A stretch of DNA of 64,000 nucleotides from Mizuhopecten yessoensis (Eukaryota): NCBI RefSeq assembly GCF_002113885.1, contig NW_018480077.1, positions 1,659,773 through 1,723,772 on the forward strand. The letters run 5' to 3'. How positions within the stretch are numbered: the stretch's first letter is position 1; every line of letters begins with the position of its first letter. The notes below the pieces were generated by a model. That model made no database searches and had not been told where the DNA came from. It worked only from the letters and a program-made list of their open reading frames with translations. The translations under genes were made by a program, and so were the position numbers. This document shows positions 50,601 to 62,800 of this stretch, in pieces.

Positions 50601-53118
50601 TAGTATTCAATAACTCTAGCACTGCCCAACCATGTCCTCATTTAACAGCTGAGTAGACTGGAACAAGCGGAGTAAAGTAGGTATCTTGCTCAAAGATACA
50701 ACACAGTGCTGTGCCGTGACTCGAACCTTCGGTCACAAGACGTACGTGTCCTACCACTAGACTACTGTGCCTCCTAAAATTAAAAGTGTGTACTGATAAT
50801 ATTTTATCATGTACAAACTTGATAGCTCAACTCAGCATGCTGCTGGCTAAATATCAGGACTCTTGGGATCTTCGTTATTCAGAAGAATTTTATTTTACTG
50901 ATTTTAACACATTTGACACCATTGAAAGTGGATCAAGGTCACTCATAATATGCTGCTGGCCAATACCTAGGCCTTTTGGTTATACATTATAAGGTTTTAA
51001 ACATTATTAACCCCTGTGACCTCCAACGTTGGTCAAGGTCATTCATTTATACAAACTTGATAGTTCTCCACACCTGCTAATACTACATAACAAACTACAT
51101 GACCCTAGGCTTCTTGGTTATACAGAAGAAGTCATTTAAAGGGTTATCAATACTTGTACTGCATAACAAACTACATGACCCTAGGCTTCTTGGTTAAACA
51201 GAAGAAGTCATTTAAAAGGTTTTAACATATTTTACCCTGCCCATAACTCATTCACCCCTGGAGACACATTTGAGCTCTTCCAATTCAAAGCTTGGAATAG
51301 TTCATTATGAAATTTCAGGGGTGAATGAGTTAAAAGTAGGTCACAGTAAATCTTTTGAACAAACTTGATATGCTTCTATTCCAGCAGCTGCTGGCTAAAT
51401 ATAACGATCCTATGTTTTTTGGTAATTCAGAATAAAGGATTTATCATACATGTATTTGATTCACCCTTGAACCCTTGGTCCTAAACCCAGGTTAATATCA
51501 TTCATTTGAAAAAAAAATATTGCCCTCCTCTATAGCTTGCTACATGACAAATAACATGAGTTTAAACAATTTGAATTATTCAGAAAAATGTAACTTACAA
51601 GGTCCTTCATTTGAGAAAACAATACCATCCACCCCAGTATAAGCTAGCTATACATGTATACAGGTCAAATATCATACCCTTTAGGCCTATCTGATATTTA
51701 GAAGTTGTGTAAAAGATTCAACAAATTTGGCCTCTGTGAGCTTTAAGGTGGGCAAGGTCATCCATAGCATGTTATGCTTGGCCAATAATATGACCATGTG
51801 ATAGAGAAGTCATTTACTAGTAAATGTTTAGTGTTTTACCCATGAACATGAGACTGTCAAAGTGGATCATATATGGTCATTCATATAGTTATCATTGCTT
51901 GCTACATGATAAATGACCCTGGTACATGACCCTAAGCCTCTTTGTTAAACAAAAGAATCATTTGAAACACTCCAGTGCAATTGACCCCTCTGCACTTAAA
52001 AGTTGGTAAAGGCAAATCTTTGTCTTTGAAGTGCCTCCAACCAAACACTAGGCTATTAATAATTGAAGTAAATAGACTATATTAATTGAAATGGTAAAAT
52101 CTATGATATTCTAGTTACATGTATTATTTTCTGTGAACATGTATTAAATGGTTCTAGTATTCTCCTATTAATTCGAAAATATACTACATCTTCTCTATAA
52201 TACTCTCTCTCTATATATATATATGTATTTATGAATGTATGAAATGTGTGTATTTTCTCTGGAAAGGGCTTTTATAGGCAATGCCTGTGCCTAATCCAAT
52301 TGTGTTTTTTTGAATACAATAAAATTGATTTGAAATGAAAAATGAAAATCATTTTAATAAACTTAATATATCAGCCCCTATACTCAAGCATGCTTCTGCA
52401 TGGCTACTTAATCATGACTGTCTTTAGACGTCTCTGTGATAAGTTCAAGTTCAAGTAATTTTTATTTATAGTTGGTACATTTATAAACATTTCAACACAA
52501 GTCTTTATGGCTTTTACAACCAACTGTACATGTATAACAAATGCAAATAATGATAATAAGAACAACTGACAAAATTGTATCACATCAATATATACATACA
52601 TACATGTTAAAAGTGAATAAATTAAGAATCATTTCACAGTCTAAATAACAATGTAGTTTATGGTAATATCACAGTCATATAGGGTATTTAAAATGTTGTA
52701 ATCTAAAGCATAAACTTACAGATATGTAATGAACACTTGTATATCACACCAGTGTTACTAAAGGATATGGTTATTCAAAAACCAGCCAAATTTAAATTTT
52801 GCAAAATGAAATGCTCCTCTTCAACATGTCACTGGCAAAATCTGTTGACCCTAGGCCGTTCGGTTATGCAGAAGAAGTTGTTTCAAACCTTGTAGTGGGT
52901 CAAGGTCATTCATTTGTAAACAAAAATAAGACTACAGGATAATTTACAGATGTCATTGCCTAGACCTCTAATTAATTCAAACCAGTGTTGGGGCGCAAAA
53001 ATCGTTTCAAACCTCATTTTAACACTTTGTCGACCGATAGAAATACTTACGAATTGCATTGATTTGTGTTAAATTTGTCACTTTTTAAAAATAACTCACC
53101 AATGATAACCTTTTCCAT
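41656..53118 (-). CDS. SDR39U1: Epimerase family protein SDR39U1 (NAD(P)-binding extended SDR), ~305 aa
   Basis: Exons 53118-53100, 49473-49367, 46657-46572, 46008-45887, 44481-44335, 42092-41656; GT-AG, phases consistent. MEKVIIAGGTGLVG (Rossmann GxxGxxG), VVNVAGENILNPLKRW, DWEAAAKLP, VRSGVVL, GGKIGKGTQWLPWIHVHDL, FGQERAKIILEGQNVSP. Confidence 0.95.
42390..42597. mobile_element. TA-flanked Tc1/mariner-type MITE (copy 1)
   Basis: TACTGTATAACGGGAAATTTT...AAAATTTCCCGGTATTCAGTA; related copy at 46258-46453. Confidence 0.7.
42599..44314. repeat. 50-bp satellite array in SDR39U1 intron 5
   Basis: Unit CATAGTGCAGTCAGTGACTAGTCCAAAACCTCATCAACAAGGGACTCGTA, ~32 units; the unique leader recurs at 43324. 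Confidence 0.96.
44723..44936. mobile_element. Small MITE
   Basis: Imperfect TIRs GGCTTGTTCGTTTA / TAAACGAAAACGGCC with repeated ACCGGTTTGACCGTTTA subterminal motifs. Confidence 0.55.
46258..46453. mobile_element. TA-flanked Tc1/mariner-type MITE (copy 2)
   Basis: TACTGTATACCAGGAAATT...AAAATTTCCCAATATACAGTA. Confidence 0.7.
47268..48962. repeat. 30-bp minisatellite (~56 units) in SDR39U1 intron 2
   Basis: Unit TTTGTATGGAGGTCACACTTTATCATCACT; source of many spurious long ORFs. Confidence 0.97.
49052..49142. mobile_element. MITE family B
   Basis: TTAACCCTTTCACC...GGTGAAAGGGTTAA. Confidence 0.88.
49684..50222 (-). mobile_element. HINE/Helentron-like element, same family as 21644-22341, opposite strand
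   Basis: Reverse complement of the same 5' hairpin, microsatellite, 146-bp unit and GGCCCA..TGGGCC 3' palindrome, with fewer internal units. Confidence 0.88.
50427..50774 (-). mobile_element. tRNA-derived SINE with CORE/Nin-like centre and L2-like tail (copy 2)
   Basis: Colinear with 4886-5210; retains a ~27-nt segment missing from copy 1. Confidence 0.88.
50800..52030. repeat. Old degenerate satellite / HINE-type repeat array
   Basis: Recurrent aaacttgatag, gctggctaaatatca, gaccctaggcttcttggtta, agaagaagtcattta and ggtcaaggtca motifs. Confidence 0.6.
51243..51333. mobile_element. MITE family A (copy 2)
   Basis: TAACTCATTCACCCCTG...CAGGGGTGAATGAGTTAA. Confidence 0.85.
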
Positions 53119-53808
53119 TTGTATAACTAACTCGGTAAGCAAGAAAAAAAACTATCGATGTTAGCACGGACTTAGATAATACTCTAATTCCGTGATGTTA
53201 GTAACCAGTGCGGCCTAACCGGTGTGCTTCTTGTGTAATGTTTTGTTTACAGATTGTTGTGCACGGAATTGTACCTTCAACTTCGACCTGCCACGCCCCA
53301 GTTTTAGCTGAGCCAGCACGAATTTAATTTGTGCACGCTCGATCCTTAATTTTTTTTACACAAAGAGGTCTTCGTTTTGAAATTTGTAATGGATCCCAAT
53401 AGTGTCAACATAATATATAGAAAGTTTAATTAACAGAGAGCAAAAAAAAAATAGACGATTCTTCGCTTCCGATTTTGTGAGATTAGGGATGCAATCCGTG
53501 TCGTTATTTTTCTTATAATTCGAAACTGTGGCAATATCAAATATATATTTACTTTCGATGTTTATGCTTTTCTGTGAAATAATGTTACTATGATTCAAAA
53601 GGTGCGATAAATGACTCTGATTGTGCTTATATCAAAAACAGTAATGAACAATAATTTCATCACCCTTCAACAAAAATACGAAAATAAAAAGTAGCTTTAT
53701 CTGGAACCAAAATGATGTCGAAGCCGCTTGGAAGCAGCCTCTCCGTACTTGTTTGACAAGATTCACATAGTAATCTAATGAAAAGGAAGCCATAAATAAC
53801 GTAATAAG
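53119..53808. promoter_or_regulatory. Putative bidirectional promoter and 5'UTRs between SDR39U1 and AMFR
   Basis: Divergent start codons 690 bp apart; CpG-containing; CCACGCCC (Sp/KLF) box at ~53292. Confidence 0.7.
53165..53194. mobile_element. 30-bp palindromic mini-element with 7-bp TSD (copy 2)
   Basis: ATGTTAG [CACGGACTTAGATAATACTCTAATTCCGTG] ATGTTAG. Confidence 0.7.
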
Positions 53809-56800
53809 ATGCCAGTGGTGTATCTTGAGCGGCTTCCATTGCCAAGTCTTCAGACATATTCGGCGATATCGGCAATTCTGTTGTCATGTTCGGTGTTTTA
53901 CGCGTATCAAGTTGTTGTCAGTGTTGAGGAAATTTCCAAAAGTGTGACTGTTGATTTGCCAGCACCTGCAAGTATCCCGCGTGACGTGGGGTCCATCCTA
54001 AACAAAAGAGAAGATGCGTCGAGTATTGAGCCTGTTGAGGAGTTCATGAACTTTACCCTACCATATGACAATCTTGGCTGGAATATTTTCCATGTCCTCA
54101 CCACAGAAGGGTGGTGTATTTGGGTAAATACTATATTAAACCATACACATACACAGTACTAGAAATAAAGTACTCAGTACTTCTGTAGAAGTAAATTAAT
54201 CAGTATCAGGGCTCACCCCAGACCTAAAAAATCAGTAGCCAAAAAAGTAGCCATGTTTGAATTTCAGTAGCCAATTTTTTTTATTAAACAGTGGCCATAC
54301 TTTCTCGGCCCCCAACCCCTCCATAAAATCATTAAATATTTAATATTTTTTGAAGTGCAATCCTATTCAATATGATGTTAAATTAAGGAGTACTCTATTA
54401 AATTAAAAAAAATGTTATACATCATGTTTATAATTTAATCCATAATGTGATATTTTTTTAATCCTTTTTCAGATTACATGGCTGTTATTTTAAGAAAATA
54501 TAACTTAAATTAAAATGCTGAAAATTTCCACCTGAACTTTTTTATTTACTTTTTTAAAAGAGAGAAAAATCAGCCTTTATATCTTTTTCTTGACACAGGA
54601 ATTGTGAAAAAATCTAGCTTGAAAAGTTCAAATAAGATATTCGCCATTCCGTGCCTTCAATCAAAAAATAAAACTATTAAAATCCAAATCAAAAGTAGCC
54701 TCAGTGATGCAATATTGATAATTATTTTTCCTTTGTTTACATTCACCGTAATTCATGTTTTATGTAAAAAAAAAAATATAAATATAATTAAAAAGATCAC
54801 ACATTTCAAATGTAAATGGCAGTAGAACACATTTGAAAGAAAAAGGACGAATTTATAACGATATTGATCAACCCTTCGAAATAAATCGGGAGCACATCAC
54901 GTCGCGCAACATGGCCATTCCCGTGCACGTGTCGTCAATTGGCACCTATTACAAGCGACCGTCAAAGTAATTCTGAACGGTTTGCTGTTCTAAAAACTGC
55001 ATAACGGCGATGCTAAATAACTTTTATCGATCACTTGAAATTCTAAAACGTCTAACCACAAAAGTACACAGTCAGATACGATATAGGGCCTATCGTTTGA
55101 GGTTATCTGAAAGGCCAAAAATCAGCACTTCGACATGGTGTTTCAAGGCGTTACTTATACTTTCTAATCAAGCATATCGGACGTTTTTGTGCTTACTACG
55201 GTACTGGAAAAGGTAAATGAATACCATGTACACTAATTTAGATATACTGAACCCGTAAATTTGTTGGATGCGGTGTTTGAACGAGTTTATCAGATCGGCT
55301 TACGGCGTCATCAAATGTACGTGTGCGAGACCACCTAAGTGTGACTATATATCGGACTGTTTTCTCAACATCAAAGGGTCATCCAATTAACTTGACCCCA
55401 CTGTCCATAATTATTGTACAAGAATTATAACACCTCTTGCCATCTGAAGCTTGATAATCTACTTTACAACTTAGACAAAAGCATTAACTAACTCGCAGTC
55501 GTACAGCGCGCGCTGATCTGTGACGGCCCTGATTATGTTTACGCAATCAGTGTCAGCCACAATACACACGTGAGCTCGAGTAGAAGGATCGTTTTCTGCG
55601 ACAAAGATACAGAGTTTCCCCATTTTTAAAAACTTAGTAGTCAATTTAGTAGCCACATCGAATTTTTAGTAACCAATAAAAAATAAAAGTAGCCAATGGC
55701 TACTTTGGCTACCGACAGCGTGAGCCCTGAGTATCAGGGAAAAAAATTGTATGGAACGGATTACTTTTTATACACATATATAAAGCTCTGGGTCATATTG
55801 AATATCACATGAATTCTATGGCTGAGACTGAGATATATATATTTTACTTATAGTATAAAGTAATGAATTAATTTCTTTGAGCCGTTTCATGAAAAAAAGA
55901 AATTCAATTCACTTCAAAAGTATTTTATTGACAATACATATATAATAAAAACATATAAGTTAAAATTAAAGAAGATGTTAGAACAGTATTGACAAAAGAA
56001 TCAGACAACAGGCTATATGCCTATATCGGTCTTCTATTTCCGGTAGCCATGTACAATGATTAAATATATAGATTGTTGTAAAAAATATTTAAAAAGATGG
56101 GCCAAGGAGCATCATTCTCCCTTTCCTTCAAGATTCAAATGCAAAATCCTAATTCAGTAACTGCCAAATGCGTAAATTAATACAATTTGCGACCATTGAA
56201 ATTCTCCTGTTTACATTCAACAGTTTCGGGAACATATTTCATTGCTTTCTAATCAGTGTATGATATGTATTTCTCTCAACCATGCATTGATACATGATAC
56301 ATGTGATAGAAATTGACGTTTTAAGTTCGGCATTTATTGGTAGATAGAAGTAAGCATTTTATTTTAGCAATGGGCATTAATATAACCAGTGGCGAACCCA
56401 GACAGGTTTTTGGGGCTTCAGGAAACCCCCCTGGCCTGAGAATTTTCCTTAAAAATCATGTATTTTCACCATTTTCCTCAATTTTTCCCCACATGGAACA
56501 CCCCGATAGGTCTCTGGATCTGCCACTGATAAAGCATTTCCCATATTTCACACCAGCTTTCAATACATTTATGGAGGGAGACTTTGCTGGGTGATGACCA
56601 GTAGCCAGGTAGTCTAAATGGTTAGAACGTTATGTCCAGATATACAGGATTTGTATGCCCTGTGTGTACATGTTTAAATCTGTAGCTGGCCCCATTTCAT
56701 TTTCCCTGCTCTAGTTATGGTGGTGCTTGTGACCAACCAATTTTTTAAGGATTGTTTTGGCTTGGCAAGAGGGGGTGCATATGTTTCAGTACTCATACTT

Positions 56801-59800
56801 GTCGGTACTTTCATGATTTTTTTTCAACTTTTTTTGTCACTTGACTAACATTATTATTTTGTTTACTTTATTGCATGTGTCTGTGTATATATGTGTTGCT
56901 GATATATATATAATAATATATTTAATGATTTTATATTATAAGATTTTTCAGCATGCATGTATTTTTTTGTCTTTATAAAAAAGTACTGAATCATTCTATT
57001 CTTGAGTACCATATAACTACCATCTGCTAGGAACCAAAACACCTCGAGTATTGATAGGGTATACGTAATTAAGACATATATATATGTAATTAAGACAAGT
57101 GTACAAATCAGCAGCTCACCATTGTGATCTTACTTTCAGACACTGGTCAACACTGCCTATTGCTGTTTGATTTTTCTGGGGAAAGTGATTCAGAAACAAG
57201 TATTTGGTGACCTCAGAGTCAGTGAGAGGCAGGTGAGTAATGTGTGACTAGCTATAGAGTAAAGTTGCCCTTCAATGCACAGAAACAGTCTGCTTATGGT
57301 CATCGCAAGCCTCTTTGACAACACTTCACAAATGTTTCCTTGTCTTCTGTATAGATTTTGTGTACTGTTAATTAATGTACATAGAGTGGGGTAATTAGTA
57401 GGGTTCAATATTTTGACAGAGCTGTGTAAAATTTCATAACAATCAGCCTGTCTTTTATAGCATTTCCATGTTGGCGCCTACCAATTATATGGAACCTACC
57501 TGTTAAGTATATAGGCTCATGTACATGTTATCTACAATGACCTTGCACAACTGAACACTGTTTTCACAAAAACTCTGCCACACATCTGTCCACTACGATG
57601 TATCCTTGTTTCATATGTTGACGAGGAACCTTCATCGACCTATAAAGTTACGTTATGTTATGACTGGAAATGTGTAATATGTGTAGTTATTAAAGTCAGA
57701 CTTCCTTCTAACAGATGACACACAGCATAAAGAGGAGTGCATTGTACTTATAGTTCTACAATTACAAGCTAGAAGTAATATTTGTGTACACACATGTATC
57801 TGTATTACACACATTGAGTCATTTGCAATCTGATTGCTATCAGACATGAAAACCTTTGTATGATTGTGCTTAGAATAGAATGATATTCAACTTGAATCAA
57901 ACAAACAGTAACAAAGTTAGGTAGGTTTGAATAGCTAGTGATATAGCTTTTTAGGTCACCTGAGACAAAGTCTCAAGTGACCTATTGCGATCACCTTTTG
58001 TCCGTCGTGCGTCCGTAAACAATTTACATTTTCGACTTCTTCTCCAAAACCCCTGAACCAATTTCAATGAAATTTTGCAGGAACCTTCCATGGACAAAGG
58101 TCAACAAAAATAGGGGCCGGTTTAGTCCCAAGCCCCCAGGGGCCTGAGGGGCGGGGCCAAAAAGGGTCAAATTGACCAAAATTTCAAAAATCTTCTCAAT
58201 ACCCAGATATGGTAGAATCAAATACTCTTCATAGATGGAAGGGTCTTTATGTGCTTTACCAAAATTGTGAATTTCTTGACCCTGGGGTCTCACGTTTCCC
58301 CCTGGGGAGGGGGTAAACTTTACTATATTTTATATAGGGAAATCACATTTTGGACCAACATTTGTTTAATTTCCATTGGAAGTAATTCAATTTGGGTTAG
58401 CATTATCAGTATTAGGTAGCAGTTTGATAATAAGCACATATCAGCCCTGACTGGGGCTGATGGGTGGGGGCCAAAAAGGGTTGAATTGACTGAAATTTCA
58501 AAAATCTTCTTCTCAAGACCCAGATATGGTATGGTAGTATCAAATACTCCTCATAGATGGAAGGGTCTTAAGGTTTATGACCCTATGGTCTAACGTTTAC
58601 CCTCTGGGGAAGGAGGGGGGGGGCAAAATTTATTATGGTTTATAATGGCAAATGATACTTTGAATATTACATGTTAATAACTTGATTGGAATTATAACCT
58701 TGAGTTGACAGTTTGATACTGAAAATTTTGAGCCAGCCCTACCCCCAAGGGCTGTAGGGTGGGGCCCAAAGGGGTCAGTGTGCTAAAATTTCTTCATTTT
58801 CCTTGTTTAGAATCAGAGGTGCTAGTTTCAAATACTTTTAAGTCTGAAATCTGTATGCTAGATATTGAATAAGGTTGTTTTATTGTTTTTTGTCACTTTG
58901 AATAATATTTCTGTTCATGTTAAAAACAAAATCAACTCTCTGTATAAATATATCAGGTGACCGTTAAGGCCCATGGGCCTCTTGTTATTTGAAGCATCCA
59001 ATTCATGCTATGTAATACAAATTTGCTTGTTATGTACATTATAGTCCACAAAAGTCTCACCTGTTTTATGTTACATATTTCAACAACCTTTTGTTTTCTT
59101 TTGCAGCATTTGAAAGATCGAATATGGAATTTCCTGTTCTACAAATTCATCTTCATTTTCGGAGTGATGAACGTGCAGACGATGGATGAGGTGGTAAACT
59201 GGGTGGCTTGGTTCACCATCCTCGGCTTCTTTCACCTCCTCATCCAGCTGTCCAAAGACCGCTTTGAATATGTATGTCACATTCTGCTAAGTTCATTGTA
59301 TATTTTGGCTTTATAAAGGCAACCTTTTGATATAGCATTGCTTTTAAATAGCCAATGTTTAAGTGTGATGGTTTTGTAGATGATCAAGCTACATCAGTTG
59401 TGAATTATGAAGTTTGGCAAGAAGACTTATTTACATCAGTTTTATATTCGAAAATTTGAAAGATAAACTTAGTTAATAGATATCAGTACATGCAGTAAAT
59501 TGGAAATTGAATACATGTACCTCATGTTCCTTCTTCATTGCATTACCTGCAGAAGACACATTATCTAAAATATAAATTTAGATATAACAATTATTTATTT
59601 ACCCAGTTCAGGATTAAGTATGTTTAAGTCATTTTTGTAAATAATTTTGTAGGTGTCTTTCTCACCGACGACACCTAAGTGGTTCCACTTGAAGTTGATC
59701 TCCCTCCTGAGTGTGGTATTATTGTGTAGTGCCACCCTGCTGGTGATATGTATCTATGTAGGCATGTATGCTGGGCTTACAGTCCTAGCTTTCATGGCAG

Positions 59801-62800
59801 CAGAGGTAAGACTTCTATACATAATAAAGACATCTGTAAGCCTGCTGTGTGCACTGGTTTTGCAATTCTTATCTCATAATTTGAATATTCCACAATACTT
59901 TTTACTGTAGTTTCATCTTAAGCATCGTTAAGATTTAAAATCTACTGACGTGGTAAAGACAATGGAATTGATTATCTGACAGGCCTTTTATGGTACTGGT
60001 ACTTTTGATCAGTATGTATTAAAATAATAATCTTATACCTGACACTGAGATTTGTATTAGATTTATAAAACTTGTACAATGATAAGATAAAGATTTTGAA
60101 TTATTATTATATTGTAGTGCTTGATCCTAGGCTTTCGGACCCTCTATGTTATTCTGCGGTAAGTCATCCACATATCTTATCCACAATAAAGCAATGTCTT
60201 CTTTTCAATGCTGTTGCTTCAAATATTGTTTCATCATCTTTAAGGATCAATGGAAGATTTGGTTTGGAGGTGAATATCTTATTTGATGCATAGTATACCT
60301 GATGTACTGGTACATAAATATTTACAGGTAGTGTTACTATATTTAGATGTGTTGTATTTCAGGTATGTGATACACCTGGTGGACATGAATATGGAGGGAG
60401 TGTGGGAGAACAGAACAGTCTATATCTACTATGCAGAGCTTGTGTTTGAACTGTCTGTCCTCTCCGTGGATTTCGCACACCACCTACACATGCTGGTATG
60501 TTCGTGGATTATATTTTGTGCTATCTCAGCCTCATAGTTTGATAATAAATGTAAACAATGTTTATTCATCATAAAATGTTTACTCTCCTGGTAATATATT
60601 ATCAATATGGTTAGCTTTAAACTATATAAAAACAATAATCATCTATGAAGCGAGCTCAACATTGTATTTCATATAATTTGTTAAGGTCTTTGTTAATATC
60701 AGGACAGAAAGATTGTAATAGAGTTGTTTTTTATTTTCCAGCTGTGGGGTAATTTCTTCCTCAGCATGGCAAGTCTTGTGATCTGTATGCAGCTTCGTTA
60801 CCTTTTCTACGAATTCCAGCGCAGAGTCAGAAGACACAAAAATTACAGAAAAGTTGTGAAAAATATGGAGGCTAGGTAACTAAACACAACAAATTCATTT
60901 GGAAGATTTTGTAAAATACCATCAACTAGTGATAGTGACTTGTGATCCACCTACTTTTTCTGGTCTTCACTACGTATCTTAACCAGACTCCTCCCTCCAC
61001 CCATAAAAGCATTCAATGGCTGTCAGCTGTGTGTCCATTCCTTGCCTTACTTCTTGTTAGCTAACCTGGTCCGAAGGACCAAGGTGAGCTTATGCCATAC
61101 CGTGGCGTCCGTCGTCCGTACGTCAACAATTTCTTTAGACGATTACTTCTTCTTAACCACTGGTTGGAATTAAACTAAATTTGACTGGAAGCATCCCTAG
61201 GTGGTGGGGATTCAAAATTGTACAAATGGTGGGACTGACCTCCAAGGGGGCTGAGGGGCGGGGCCAAAAGGGGTCAATTTGCCCATATTGCTTTAAGCGA
61301 CTTCTTCTCTGGAACTAAGAAGTGGATATAAACCATATTTGACTGGAAGCATCCCTAGGTGGTGGTGATAAAAAATTCTACAAGTGGTGGGGCTGACTCC
61401 CCAGGGGGCTGAGGGGCGGGGCCAAAAGGGGGCAATTAGGCTAGAGCTACAAACGACTTCTTCTTTAGAACTGTGCACTGGATATCACTCATATTTGATC
61501 AAAAGCATTCCTGGGAGGCAGGGATTTAAAATTGTACAAATGGTGGGACTGACCTCCAAGGGGGCTGAGGGGCAGGGCCAAAAAGGGTATTGGGCTATAC
61601 TGCTTTAAGTGACTTCTTCTCTGGAACTAAGAAGTGGATATAAAACATATTTGACTGGAAGCATCTCTAGGTGGTGGCGATTCAAAATTGTACAAACGGT
61701 TGGGCTGACCCCCCGGGCTAAGGGGTGGGGCCAATAAAATGTATTACTTGGAAATGGTTAAGATCCCCACCATATAACCATATATACAATGGCTGAGTAT
61801 AAAGAGAAGAATGCACATCTGCTTCCAGGATGTCCCTAGGGTCTGGCCCCACCCTTGGAAACATAGTCCCTGGGCCATAACTTTAAAACAATTGAGATCC
61901 CCACCCCAAAACTATATATACAAATGCTGGGCATAAAGAGACGAATGCAGTCATGATATTAGAATTGATCCCAGGGTCTGCCCCACCCTTGCAGACTTGG
62001 CCCCTGGGTCATAACTTTGAAATGGTTAATAATCCCAACCCAAAATTATATATACAATTGTTGGGCATAAATAGACGAATGCAGTCATGATATTAGAATT
62101 GATCCCAGGGTCTGCCCCACCCTTGCAGACTTGGCCCCTGGGTCATAACTTTGAAACGGTTGAGATCCCCACCCCAAAACTATATATACAAATGCTTGGC
62201 AAAAAGAGACAAATGCAGTCACGATATTAGAATCGATCCTGGGGTCTGGCCACAACTCAAGGGACCTAGTTTCTGAGTCAAAGCTTGGAAACAGTTGAGA
62301 TCCCCACCCCATAACCATACATAAAATTGCTGGGCATGAAAAATCTAATATAGCTATGCTACAAGGATTGGCCTTGTGGTCTGGCATATTCCCTTGATCT
62401 CATTTGGAGAATAGTTTGCCATTATTACTTAGGTATCCAGGTGAGTGATGCAGGCCCTCTGGGCCTCTTGTAATTACTCTAGCAGCCATATTTCTTGACA
62501 GAAAATGCCTTTGAAATGTGTTGATCAAGTTAGCATAGTTGCAAAACACTCTGGAGAAAGAAATTTGGAAAATTACTGGTTGTCTTCACTGGTTTTAGAG
62601 TACGGTATGCCAGGTAAAAAGTATTAGGTTTGCATGTAAATAATATCCAAGATACCGGCTAATCCTATTTCCATTTTTGCCTATTTATAAAATTTGTTTC
62701 AATGAGCTATGTAATTTATTAGAGTTTACTGTACATTCATTTAAAGATATTCTTTTGGAAATTTCAATCGCAGATACTTTATACATTATTGTAGTAAGAG

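Noticed and set aside
53045-53059. Alternative SDR39U1 start/donor ATGCAATTC|GTAAGT
   Set aside because: Out of phase with exon 2 and reaches a stop within it; no support as a coding exon.
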